From the NCBI GenBank assembly GCA_024679065.1, contig JAGIQG010000012.1:52452001-52516000 (forward strand): a stretch of DNA of 64,000 nucleotides. Reading direction: 5' to 3'. Positions 50,246 to 63,196 of the stretch are shown in pieces (position 1 is the first letter of the stretch; every line of letters starts with the position of its first letter). The position numbers were made by a program, and so were the translations under genes. The DNA is from Sphyrna mokarran. Its lineage: Eukaryota. The notes under the pieces are model-generated. The model was not told where the DNA came from, made no database searches, and was given only the letters and a program-made list of their open reading frames with translations.

Positions 50246-52399
50246 CCGCCCCCTTCTCCCCTCCCTTTTTCCCCAGTCCTCTCTCCCGGCCCTCCTGTCC
50301 TTCCCTCTCCCCCTCCACTCCGCCCCTGGCCTTCTCTCCCTCCCTTTCCCACCCTACAGCCCTTCCTCCCTCGCGTCTCTCCAGCCCTCTCTCCCTCTGT
50401 CCCCTCCCCCAGCCCCTCAGTCGTCTCTCTCTCTCTCTCTCTCTCACCCTCCTCCCGTCCCCCTCAAAATTTGCCCCAATCAGTGACGTCTGACCTGGGA
50501 CCTCATCCTAACTCAGATGGTTATGGAAGAGGCAGCAGCCTCCATCTCCTCAGTGATGTTGCCATTCAGAAGAGCTGCTTGGTACAGGTTGACCAGCAGC
50601 TCCTGGCTGGCATGACATTGACCCCCTGGGTCTTTTATCCTGGGGGAAACCCGCAGCCAGGCTGTCCATTGCCTTAGTGGAATAAGATGCCTTACTCAAA
50701 AGATGCAGCACGGGATGCTCACCTGCCATGTAGCTGATGCCCCATTACTTCCACAAGTTTCTGGTTACAGATTTGCTTAATTTCTAAGCCTTACTTATAG
50801 TAAAACAGAACATAATTTGTAATAAGTTACTTTCTGCATGCAATTTGCTGCTCCTTTCTTCTGTCCTTTTCTATATGAGACTTGATGACATTGCAGATGC
50901 TTACTTGGACTAAGTGATTGATAGTGGTGAGCATAAGATGTAGTGTAAGAGGTTGCTTTTTTTTTGTGTTTGGTCTTTGTCAGTATGAATACGGCTTTAA
51001 TGCTGGAATATAGCGCATAATTGTTCTTGCTCTCAATAGCCATGTCTTCGAATGTATCAGAGTTCAGAGGAACCTCTGGGAAGTAAGTTTTTTTTATTGG
51101 CCTGGATGAGTCTCATCTTTCCTTCAGAAAGCACTTCTGTCATGCTTTACCACTTGCAGCATTTTTCCCCTACTTCATAAAGTTTGAGGGGCTTGTTTGG
51201 AATGCTATGATCTTTGTGCTTTGAAAAATCCTCCCTGTGCAGTATTAGCATAGAAGCCTCCTTTCAATTGCAAGTTTGGGATTTGTGTCTTTTAGGGTAT
51301 CGTATGTCTGACCTTATCTGTTACTCCATTTAACATTTTGAGAAAAAGGTCTCAAGTCTTTGTGTTTATCTGTTTTACCTCCCTCAATTGCTGTAGTGAA
51401 AAGAGTGTCCCTTTTAGTACAGCGCTGAAAGGCCATCTCCACTTTGACCTACCCCGTGGCTCTTCTGAAAATTGTTCTCAAGTGAGTGGATGATTTCACA
51501 GTGAGAATGGAATTACGCAGGGGCAGTCGCATATCAAAAAATTTCTTTCACTTCCTTTTAAATGATCTATTGGTTATTTTGGTTGCTGCTGCTGTCGCTG
51601 TCCCCCCGAAAGGCACAGCCATTTAACAGACATGAATACCAGCAGGAGAGCTCAACCAGCAGTAGCTTCTCCCTTGCTTTGACCTACCCCAAAGGCCTTC
51701 ATAATTAATCGCCCTTCAGAGATAGGGAGAAGTTCAAAGACTGAATGTGGTGATATCTATTGTCTGACATTCAGTTCTCCTTACCCACAGCTCTGTCAGC
51801 TCAGTTCTTTCTTCATTCCGGAGAGGATTATCAATTGGAGCAAAGACTTGGTTCTTCAAACAGCTGCTGGGGGTCACAGCCTACAGTGAAGCATGTATTT
51901 CTACTCACAATAAAGTTAAAATGCAGGAGCCAATAGTTCAAACGCAAAGGTGTGAGGGAATTCAGTGAGCAAACTGAGTAAAAAGGAAGACTACATTGAC
52001 AGAGCACAAATTATTCTCTGAATAACCTTTTGCGTTTTTTATGCTTGCTTACCTTGTCACAGGGCTTTCAAATTCTACATGACATTGATTATTTGTGTGA
52101 CATTTAGAAAGCAATCGTCTATCAAAGGGAACTTCATAAGATATTTTCAATATTCTTTTAAATGTTTTACGTAAGGTTACCAGAATTATTTTGGGTTGCA
52201 GTTATACTGCAGCTATTGACCTGAGACTGCTCTCTGTCAACTGCAGTGCGCAGTCAGCAGACTTGGTTGCATCGGACTTAATGCAGTGTGACCACGATCA
52301 AGGTGCACCAATAACAGAGCTGTGCACGAGCAGACTTCACTTCTTTTTTGTTACTAACCTTTAATGTTGGAAAAGTGAAGCAGGACTGACTACTGGTCC

Positions 52400-52565
52400 C
52401 TGCTATTATTAATCCTTTCAAAAGGGAATTGGATTAATACTTGAAGGGGGAAAAATGCAAGGCTCTGGGAAAAGTGCAGGAGAAAAGGACTAAATGAATA
52501 ACTCCTTAAAAGGGTCGACACAGGCATTAAATAATCTCCTTCTGTGCTGTATGATTCTCTGATAC
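52400..52565 (+). mobile_element. CR1 3' end fragment
   Basis: TTCAAAAGGGAATTGGAT..TACTTGAAG..CTCCTTCTGTGCTGTATGATTCT tail. Confidence 0.65.
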
Positions 52566-55546
52566 TGTCACCACCACTGCTGTTTATGCTGTAAAAGACA
52601 TATGCAAAACATTCAATTTTTAAAAATAACTACAACTGTATTAGATTTTTTCAAAATCATTCATGCTTTAAGAACCTGGTCCATGTGGTATTCATTTTTC
52701 AGTGTCCTCAGGTTACAAATACTTTGACCCTCTTCATAGCTGCCCTTTCCATTTTCAAAATGAACATTTTTCATGCATAGTATGAGCCTATGATGAATTC
52801 TAGAAACACAGCGATCATACTTCTATTTTTAGAATGTCTATTTTCTATACAAATCTCTATTTTTACCTTGCATCCCTGTGATTCAGCTTGGAACTTTTTC
52901 TACAGTGAAAAGCCATTGTTAGTGCAAGTTGATCTTATAGTTTTTGCCCCTTATATTGGAGTCCCCAATTCCTGATGAGCCTGCCACTTTTGAAATGTGG
53001 CTTTGTGTAGGATGAGAGGTGGATTGCAGCCGGCACAAACTCTTGGAGGCATGAAATGGAGATATTTGCACTATGCCTAAGCATCAGATTTGTACTTCAC
53101 ATCTGAGTTGTATTGCCATCTTTTGCAATGGTGCACACCAGCACAGAAATGCAAGTTACGAGTACAACTTTAGAAATATCCTTTGTTTTATTAATTATAG
53201 TACCCAATAACCATTTCTGTTCAGTTAAGTTTTTTAAAAAATCACTTAATAATTCCACATGTTTGTAGTGCGGGGATTTCTAAATTTCTTAAGTTGCATA
53301 CCAAAAGATGATTACCAAAGTAATCATCCTAATTACTTCTGGTATGGCAAATAATTCAGAGATGGGAATTCTGATTTCTTAAAAGAGAAGTCAAGGCTAG
53401 AATTTACAAATACCAGTAAAGCTAAATTCATACAACAGCCATGCATTGTACAGAAAACATTTATTGAGTCATTTATTTAAAATTAAAATGGCAGAGTATT
53501 GATACTGCAAGGTACTGTGCCAGATATGTTCACACCCAAGGTTGCTCACAACTGTGGCATTGAGCAAAGGGAAAATAAATGAGTTACTCTGGCCTATCAG
53601 AGCATTGTGAAAGGCCTGGGAACATTTCACCTCGCTAATACGTTTTATGATGATTTGTGCAAGGTATCAAAATGTGTTTCTTAAAAAAAATCAATTTTAT
53701 AACTGGAGAACGCATATGTTACTTATAGTGCTGCAGTGAGTGCACAGAGTCCATTTGCACTGTAAAGTTAGCACGATACAGATCTGCAAGGTAATAAGAG
53801 TGAAGTGGAATATTTCAACCCAAAGGAATAACACATGACTTGACCAGAACTGTGTTACAACTTTTCAACCCCGTTCAAGATTTTATAACTTGTTCATAAC
53901 CTGCAAACTCAAAACAAACTTAGTTGGCTATTTCGTCAACATACTGACCCTGTTGGAATTTCTTTATCTTGTCTTTTCAAACAATATTTTGGCATGTAAA
54001 TATCAAATTATAATAAACTGTAGACAAATAAATTACTTATCCATTGTGTCTGTTGAATGAACTTTGCGAAATATTTCTAAATCGCTGCTGAAGTAAAAAT
54101 ATTTAGCCGCATAATATTTTCACTGGCCTTTGCAAATCTCAGTTTTACTAATATCTCTTGGGTGAAGTATGAAATTTATGTTTGTATTGTTCATTGATGA
54201 AAATTCCCTTGGGGAATATTGTCTGCATTAGGCATAAGATCCTAATGAATGATCTGTAACAATTTCCACCTAATATACAGCAGTTGGTGCTGCACTATTC
54301 TGGGGTGAACTAGTATGTGTACTGAAACTTTATTGTGCTCTCTTTAATAATGAACCCACAGCTGCTAAATGAAATATTTCATTTCGGTCAATAAAAAAAA
54401 ACACTTGTTGTGCTATATTTCCTGAGGCAGTCTACATAGAACAAATACAAAGTTATCAATCAAGTGACATATTTTTCATTTTGGGTTTGATCATATATTC
54501 ATACATACATGTGTGTGTATTTAGTATATATGCACAAAAACTTAAAGTGAAATTAGAAGTAGATGCTGTTGATATGGTAATGCAAAAGGACTCATAAAAA
54601 ATTGAAACTGTTCTTATGAATCTTTAATTAGAAGCAATGAAAGGGGCACTACTGGAGCCAAATGCTTTGTTACAATCTTTTCTCATTGGTTACTTGCCAC
54701 TATTCTTCCATCTTCACAAGCAGACATTCACTTAAAGCTGACAAAAGTCACTTGAAGCCCAGACAGCTGTAGTCACACAAACACCTCCACCGCACAGAAA
54801 GCCTGTTCACACTTAATTAGCGACACTTTAAAAGAAGCTTCTTTAATTTTTGTTTGTGTTTGGTCCACAGGCTAACACTTGAACTTGAAGTTTCATCCTA
54901 ATTTCTCTTGTACATAAGTATCTCTATTTGGGAGAGAGTAGAGAAGAGGGAGGTTGAATCAATCTGCAGTATGTATTCAGAGCCTCTGAAGGATTCACTT
55001 TCATTTTTTTGTCTCCCATGTCACCTTGTGTGCAGTCTGGTCTGTGACACTGATGGTGATTATGTCATTATTTTGCTCTAGGGGGCTTTGACACATCTGC
55101 AAAGCTGATGCACATCTTCTTCCAGTGCTGGCATACGGCCCACATCCCCAATGCTTCATTAGTCACCACTGCCTAGCCATCGCCAGACAAAACGCCCAGC
55201 TTCGAGCTGCCTCCCCACTGCATTGTCCGTGCTGTGCTCCTTGTCAGTGTTTGTGATTGGTTTATTCAAGCACCTCCTTTTCTTGTTCTCACTCCATGCT
55301 CCAGATGTCCTGATTTCTGCCTGTATAAGCAGAAAGCTACATAATAAAAACAAGGTGACTTATTAACTCTTTCACTCTTGCTGTGGCCGAATAAAACACC
55401 CCATTCTCTGAACAAGGACCTAAAACTCTTCCAAATTCAGCGGCTGTCAGTGTCATATACAAATTTGCATGGCTGTGGAAGTCGGTAAACCTCTTCAATA
55501 CCAAAGTCAGAGAAACGTTGCAAGTTATACAAAATGCAGATTATTC

Positions 55547-55638
55547 TGTGTGTGTCCATCTGCATGTGTGTGTCTGCATTTGTCTATCTGTGTGTCTGTC
55601 ATGTGTGCGAGAGTTTGTGTGTGGGGATTTGTGTGTGT
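55547..55638. repeat. Degenerate (TG)n microsatellite
   Basis: Interrupted TGTGTG runs. Confidence 0.7.
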
Positions 55639-56933
55639 AATTCTCAATATACGGTTCAATATTTACTGCAGCTGTACTAATGTTGGAGCCAAACATTTGA
55701 TCTTGAGATGTCTGCTCGAATATGTGATTTGTTGTGGTCCAAGTTGCATGTGCTTTTATGACATTGAAATGTTTCTCCCACCAGCTCCTCCCACCTGTCC
55801 CCCTCCCACAATATAATTTTCCTTCGGACATTGATGAAATATGTATGCATGTTGGTGCATTAGTTAAGAGAATACGCAGGAATGAAATAACGTGGGGAAA
55901 TGTTGTTGTCTAAGTTATGTGCCAGAATTGCAATTTCTACTGTTTCATGTATACATTCCATTCTTTTTCTGGATCAAATGCTTTTCTTTTTGAAAATTGT
56001 TCCTTTCTCCATCATCACCAGAAGTGCCCCTTTGATGGGCTCTGATCGCCCAAGTGAAGGAAGCCTACTCAATTACCAATTTTTTTTGCTATGAGGTACA
56101 TATTCAGTTTGGTACTGGCTTACAAGTACCAAGTGCATCATTTTCTGAGCTAGGTCTAATTGCTATGACAGTCATTTTGTACAAACAAAATTTTGGTTCG
56201 TTACTGGATGTCGTGAATTTTTTCTTTTGAGTTTGATTGCCAGATTCTTGTAATATTGAATCCTATATTTTATTTCACGAGAAATCCAAGCACAAATAGG
56301 ATTGTTTCACTGTTAGGAATGCAGAGCAGAAATTCCAACAGGTCCTTTTTTTTGAGTGAACTTCAAAGTTATTTCAGTGATTTTTTTTTTTAAGCAAAGC
56401 CTGACCTCCTAAAATTGATGTATATACTGGCAGTGTTTCAGCATGAGAATGGTTCCCTTTTTATTGTAAAACTGTCTTAATGTGTTTTAATTTTTATTAA
56501 TGGAATTGTACTGAACCAACTAGAAATATGGTTCACCTGATGTAAGGCTGGTGCGTTTCTGAGTGTAGTATGAGGATGGGCAACAATTAGATGGTTAATC
56601 AGGAAACTAAATTATTAAGAAGGATAACAAGGTTAAGAAAATTTTATTTCTTTGGTGGGGGGGGAGGAGGAAGGAGGCTTTTTGGTTAACAACTTGTAAA
56701 ATTATGAAGGTATTGATGTCTATCCATTGCCATATTTAAAATTGGAATATAAACTTTTCTATTTTTGTTTTAAAAACTATAAGAATGGGTATATATGTAG
56801 CTGAGTACAATGGGGAACCTTGTCTTTCCCAGTGAACATAATCAAATCTGATCTATTATAGTTAATCAAGTTGTGAACTTTTACGAAATTATACTGAAAT
56901 AATACTTAATAATAGTAAAAGAGCTTTCTCTAT

Positions 56934-57240
56934 GGGGGACACAGTAGTTGCATCAGTGCTAGGGACCCAGGTTTGGTTCCCAGTTGGGTAACTGTCTGTG
57001 TGGAGTTTGCATGTTCTCCCCATGTTCACGTGAGTTTCCTTCTCACTGCCCAAAGATGTGCAGGTTAGATGGATTGACCATGCTATATTGCCCCTTCGTG
57101 TCAGGAGGATGAGCTAGGGGGATTAGAATGGGATTATGGGGATAGGGCCATGGGGTGGGGGGGGAGGGGGGGGAAATTGTGGTCAGTGCAGACTCAATGG
57201 GCAGAATGATCTCCTTCTGCGCTGTAGGCATTCTGTAATA
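56934..57240 (+). mobile_element. HE1-like SINE (CR1/HER1-type tail)
   Basis: Same head/core as type B but tail GTGGTCAGTGCAGACTCAATGGGCAGAATGATCTCCTTCTGCGCTGTAGGCATTCT. Confidence 0.85.
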
Positions 57241-57454
57241 ACTGTCTATCTGTATGGAATTTGTACGTTCAGCCTTTGTCTGCATGCGTTTCCTCCGGGT
57301 GCTGCGTTTTCCTTCCACAGTCCGAAAGACATGCTGGTTAGGTACATTGACCGTGCTAAATTCTCCCTCAGTGTACCTGAATAGGTGCCCAAGTGTGACA
57401 ACTTGTGGATTTTCATAATAACTTCATTACAGTGTCAGCGTAATAAATAAACTT
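57241..57454 (+). mobile_element. 5'-truncated SINE tail type B abutting the HE1-like SINE
   Basis: CCACAGTCCGAAAGACATGCTGGTTAGGTACATTG..CTAAATTCTCCCTCAGTGTACCTGAA..AACTTCATTACAGTGT..TAATAAATAAACTT. Confidence 0.85.
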
Positions 57455-59984
57455 ATATGAAAATAGAAATGATATGGGTGTAGCCTTTTTACTCTTGTCT
57501 TGGCAAATTTATTGATTATCTCTGAGATCACTGATGTGGCACCTATTAATCAACTACCTCCTCCCAGCATCCATATTTTATTTAGTTTCTTTGGAAGATT
57601 TTCTGCAAAGAAAGATCTCATATAGTTGTCGTACTTATGTTGTGAAAAATTATTTGTCACAGAGCAATTGGTCTGTATTATCTGAAAACAACCCTCCAGA
57701 TCGAATTCATCCAAAAATGGCAGCCTTCCCATGCAACATATGGAAATTTCTGGGTGGGAAAAGATTGTACGTAAAAGATCCGTTCCAGTTCTTTTTGAAA
57801 AATCATTGCTGCCAAAATAGTATTTGAAGATTTTTCTTCTAGTGAGTTTCCTATTACTGAGTTTCATTAATGGAACAATAGAAAAAATGCAGACACAAAG
57901 ACACCATTTACTCACCTAATGACATTTAAATAATAATTTTGTACTGATGTTAGTTCTGAGACTTGGGTGAAAACTTTGCTGGATTGGCATTGTACAAGCT
58001 TTGTTTTTAGTATAAAATGCAGCCATTCATGTCTTAGACTTCTGAAATGGTGCAGAATAGTTGAGTGGAACTCCACAGGTTCTTGCAATCAGATTAAATG
58101 GCCTGTTTTGCAAAGAAAAACTTAAATTGCTGCATGTTTATGCATATTATAAAATATGATCATTTGATATATTTCTGAACGCAGTAAATATCTAGTAGAA
58201 AGGTATTCAATAGAGGCCTCCAATCATAATGGTACTATTTGGGAGAATAGATTGTCCAAAAGGAATTATGTTTTGGAGATCACTAACAAGGTAGATTAAT
58301 TGTTGGATTTAAATCCCCTCAATAGACAGTCAAAGTGAAGGCTACAGGATGCAAATATAATATGTTTACACAACATGCCTTATAAATGAGGAAAAGCAGA
58401 AAGGGAGAGGTATAAATGTGAAAAATGGCTTAAAAATAATTCCCCCTCCCTTGTAATTTAAGAATTCAATTGAGTTTCAAATGACATTTCAGTCAACTGT
58501 TGCATATAGCTTGTTTTCATAATATAATTTTAATCAAAATCACATGGGACTTCCATCTCCTGAACATACCTACATAATTGCATATCAGCAGCTCCAGAGA
58601 CACCAATGCTATTAAACAGATTATGCAATTAAGCAGTCCCACATGAAGATCCTTTAGTACAAACATTTCAAACAAGTTGTTTTGAAGCTCAGTTGACTTT
58701 AATAATCCTTTGGCATATTGCTTACTGTCAGTGGTTCTGCCTGTATCAGGAGGGGTTTTAGTTTGTGCTGGTTAGACCAGGAGACAGAATTGTAAGGAAA
58801 ATACATAATTGGTTGGGCAGGTCTCCATACAAGAGCTGAAAAAACCCAAGCAAATAAATGGGTTGTTCTTATGCTAATGTACTGAATTGAGCTGAAAATA
58901 TTGAAGGAAGGAAAAATATCTTTTGCTACTCTGAATGCTTATCTGATTGAACACCTTATGAAATTAACTGGAAGGTAAAAAAGATGAAGGAAATGTGTGG
59001 AAACCCTTTTCAGTGTGCAGAATTTGTTGCAGAGAGGCATGCTTATTTCTGCAGTTCATACTAATACAATAATGCAATTCCATGTGCTATGGCCAAAAAA
59101 TCTGTTTGGCAGAATAGTGCGTGGTTTTATTCTGCCAAGTTAATCTTCATTAGCTACTTTTAAATGTCCTTTCGCATTGCAGTGGTGGAATTGCATCTGC
59201 GTAACAGGAAGGAAATGGCTTCCCTTGGCACAGGAAGCTTAAAGAGTCTATTTCCTTCTTGCTCACCAAGCAGCTGCTTCGAGGCTGCTGGGAATTCCCA
59301 ACACCACTTTTACTCCAACTTCTTTTTAATGTGATGAAGAATGGACACCATTAAGGTGAAACAGTGCAACTACCTAAAATATAAATAAATGCACTAGTGC
59401 ACCATAACACAATATTGTGCTTCGCCTTTTTCATGCAGATTGGCCAAATCATCATCCGTACTAATTGGGAATCTATGTATCTCTTGGTTTAGCTGACACG
59501 TATTTGTGTTGCTGTCCCCAAGATAAATAATGGCAGAGTGGAGTGGCTTATATTGCAAATTATTTGTCAACATTTTTTCATCCCCATCCTTTTCCTTTCC
59601 CGCAACACAAATATAATTAGCAAGTTTGTAAGACCTATTGTCTTGTTCATAATTTGTTTTTGGGTGGAAGGAACAGAATTAAGTCAACTTTAATCATTGT
59701 GCTCCTTAAGAATTATAGGGGCAATTTCCACTAAAAACTTGAGGCGTAAAAGAGATAGAGGTGGCAAAGTGGTCTTTAGCTAAATATCCCATTTAGCCTG
59801 CATTTAGGCCGAAACAACATTTTAGTAAAGTTGTTGAAGGCAACCCCAAGGATGGCTGTGCAGAGACTTAGTAAACAGATGTTTGCAATTTGAAATATGT
59901 GCTAGTGCTTATCAAAATGGTTACAAAGCATTTTGGTGGCTCGTGCTTCAGCTATTTGGGACTATAGAGTCGCCAGGATTCCTT

Positions 59985-60164
59985 GGCCCTTCCCATGGTA
60001 TTTTTCTTGGTGGTGAGAGGTGACACAGTGGTGGCCAGCAGCAGGACCTTCTGGTCCTGCCGCTGTCAATAGGGGTTTCCCATTCGTTCCACCCCACACT
60101 GCTAGGAAACATATGGCAAGGTTCAGAAGATCCCGCCAACATAAAGAGCCAGAAGATTGCACCC
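59985..60164. mobile_element. MITE-like remnant
   Basis: Internal inverted GGACCTTCTG / CAGAAGATCC and terminus GAAGATTGCACCC resembling the end of 24709-24837. Confidence 0.4.
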
Positions 60165-60530
60165 AGTAGTAATGCTGATTTCAAATGCTGCTTTCAAGAA
60201 TACAGATCATTCCATTTCATGATCGTTAAAAGGGACCTCTGAAAGCAGATTTTCTGGATAACTTTGTCAATATTTCACCAATACTTGAGCAATATTTATT
60301 CTGGAATTTCATTGAGGACATTACCTGAAAATAGCACATGCTGTGCTCCTTCATTTACTGGATGCTTTGGAGGAAGGGACTGCTTGTACTTATGGGTCTC
60401 CTGTGTCCTGGACAGGGACTGAGGGAGGGTAAAAGGCCACGCAGAGTGGCACCAGAATCTGAAATGATAGGAAGGCAAAATTATGTCCTTCCCCCACTGT
60501 GAGTACAGCACATCCCTTCTTCTCTGAACT

Positions 60531-61822
60531 ATTACGTTGTCACTGCAATTTTTTTTTTTACTGACTTAAGACAGGAGCTGCACATTTCTCAATTGGACTC
60601 CCAATGCAGAAATGTGCAGCATTGCTACTCCAGGAGTCCTTTCCCGATAGTGTGGACGTGGACGTGGCTGCACTATCTGCCATTAACAGCTAAGCTTAAA
60701 AATCGCAGCCGACGTGACAGGAGAAAAGCTAAGTGTGTAAAGAAGTGAGTAGTGGGTAGAATGGGTTGGGGTGGAGAGTAATAGGGTGGAAAGTAGTTGA
60801 GGGGCAAGGGTAGGGTTCTCAGGGTGGGGGAGGATAATCAAGAGCATGGGTCAGTTAATTGAGAGGTGTGTGTGTTGAGGAGTCCAGTGGAGTCTCAGGG
60901 AATTATTATCCTGTTTATCCAGGATTTAGAAGTGGTTTGAATGCCTCTAAGGCCTCTGGTGCTTCATTGGAGAATGAGTGCAGAACCCTAATCCTAATGT
61001 ACTCTCTGTCTTCGTCCCTGCTGCTGCATGTGCCAGCCGGAAAGCTCCTCACGTGGTAGTTTAATCAGCAGTTGAGTGCAAAAGCCACAGATATCTTCAG
61101 GAGTCCTGGAAAAGTTTAAATTATGGTGATTGGCAGTTAGGATAAAAGTTGCACATTAAATCCAGACTTTCAAACAAGTTAAATACGACACTGACTTAGC
61201 GCCTATTTTTACCCATTAACCAAAATAGCTTTCCATGTTGACACCCACTCACTTCTAATAAAGTAATCAGAGATTTTATACAGAGGGGGTACTCCTTTTA
61301 GCACCTGATGTTCTTTTGAGTTGAATGTCAGGTTAGATAAATTGATAACTTGTTCCATATGATTAACAGAATGAATTATCCTTTCTGCAAATGCAGGTGC
61401 ATTCACCCAGGATCATCACCTTCGGTAGGGTTTATTTCAGCTCATTTTAAACTGAATCCTTTACGCACTATTATTCGACTATCCGACTATGCTCTTGACT
61501 ATTCTCCCACACCTCGAGAGCCCTACCCTTGCCCCTCGACTATTCCCCACCTTATTACTGTCACCCACTTCACTCCGTGCCCCAAGCCATTCTATCCACT
61601 ACTCACTTCCTTACACACTTAGCTTTACTCCTGTCACAGTGGCTGTGATATTTAAACTTAGCCGTTAATAGCAGATAATGCCATAAAAAGTGGACATGGC
61701 TGCACTATATGGAAAAGGACTCCTGGAGTAGCAATGCTGCACGTTTCTGCATAGGGAGATTGAGAAATGTGCAGCTCCTGTCTAAAGTCAGTAAAAAAAA
61801 AAGAATGCAGTAACAATGTAAT
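60531..61822. repeat. Long inverted repeat (foldback): arms ~60531-60850 and ~61489-61822
   Basis: TTTTACTGACTTAAGACAGGAGCTGCACATTTCTCAAT pairs with ATTGAGAAATGTGCAGCTCCTGTCTAAAGTCAGTAAAA; complementarity continues for ~320 nt. Confidence 0.95.
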
Positions 61823-62885
61823 GGTTATTGCCACTCCAGGAAATATTCAGCCCAAAGTATTAGGAGGTTGATTGTTCTGCTGTACTACATGGGATTAAGA
61901 TTTATGAATGCTTGCTCACTAGTTTGCATTAAGAGACTGACCCTCATTGGGCCAGAATCTATTTCACTGAGAAAAGCATTGTTAGCTTCAAATATGCAAT
62001 CTTTCAAGACATTTGTGTAACCTTTAGTGCTATATTTGCCTGCAAAGAACAGGCAGTTCTGCAAAGGTGTCTTTGTGATGCTTGGAGTCTATGATAAAGC
62101 CTCCTTGAGTGGTGCTGCTTGAGGAGCGATCCAAAAGATAAGCAGAGAATTCCAAACGGAGTAAATAATTTACTCTCCATGTACAATAACCCTCTGTCCT
62201 CGAAGTAAGATTGTTTGCAATTGTCATGTTTCCAGCTGACCACCCTTCAACTGCCAGGACCTTGACAGAGTTTGGGAACAGGTGCATGCTATTCAATCCT
62301 TCAAACCTCTTCCTTATCAGGTCCCTTTTTCATTTCAAACAGCGCAATTAAATCACCTCCTAACCCTCTAAAAGCAAGGGAATATGAACCAAATTTATAC
62401 GATAAATTTAGGAAAGTTAATTTATCCCTTAATTCTCACCCAAATGCCAATCATGTTATAAAATGATATCCAATTCTATGTGTCATTAAGGTTTGGTTAA
62501 GTTGGATTAAGCAGATGCAACCCATCTTCACAAATCTGTGCTGTCTCTGATTGTGGATAAGTACTCGGTCACGTTTGACCCTGATGATTTCAGTAACTTT
62601 CTCTTAAGTGATCAATAACTTCTGTCTAAATCTTCCCATCCCACCAAGGGCAGAGACAGAATTTGATTGTCAGTCAAAAGGTCCATTCATCTCAAGTGGG
62701 AATTTATCTGGTCCAAGATGAGTGGAATGGATAACTTCACTGTTTGTATCTCTCAAACTCTCTTATTTAATAATTGGGTGACATTTACAGTTTTTCAATA
62801 TATAGGCACAGTTCTTAAATCTGGAGGGCTTGGAATTTTTCTAACTCATTTAGAATATTCTCACCTATTTGGGCCATGTGATTTT

Positions 62886-63196
62886 CACTGTTGCCTTGCA
62901 GTGCCAGGGACCCAGGTCAGTTACAACCTTGGATTATTATGTCTGTGTGAAGTTTTCACATTCTCCTCATGGATTTTCCTCCCACACTCCAAAGATGTGC
63001 AGATTAGGTGGATTGGCCATATTGAATTGCTCCTTAGTGTCCCAAGATGTGTAAGTTAGATGGATTAGCCATGGTAAATGTGTGAGGTTACAGGGATAGG
63101 GTGGGGGAAAGAGTTCAAGTAAGGTACTTTGTCAGAGGGTCGCTGCCGATTCGATAGGCCAAATGGTTTCCTACTGTGCTGTAGGGATTCTATTCT
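62886..63196 (+). mobile_element. HE1-like SINE (CR1/HER1-type tail)
   Basis: CCTCCCACACTCCAAAGATGTGCAGATTAGGTGGATTGGCCAT..GATTCGATAGGCCAAATGG..CTGTGCTGTAGGGATTCTAT. Confidence 0.85.

Noticed and set aside
53307-53328. 9-bp hairpin GATGATTAC-caaa-GTAATCATC (similar short stems at ~11856 and ~24061)
   Set aside because: Stems this short are expected by chance in 64 kb of AT-rich DNA.
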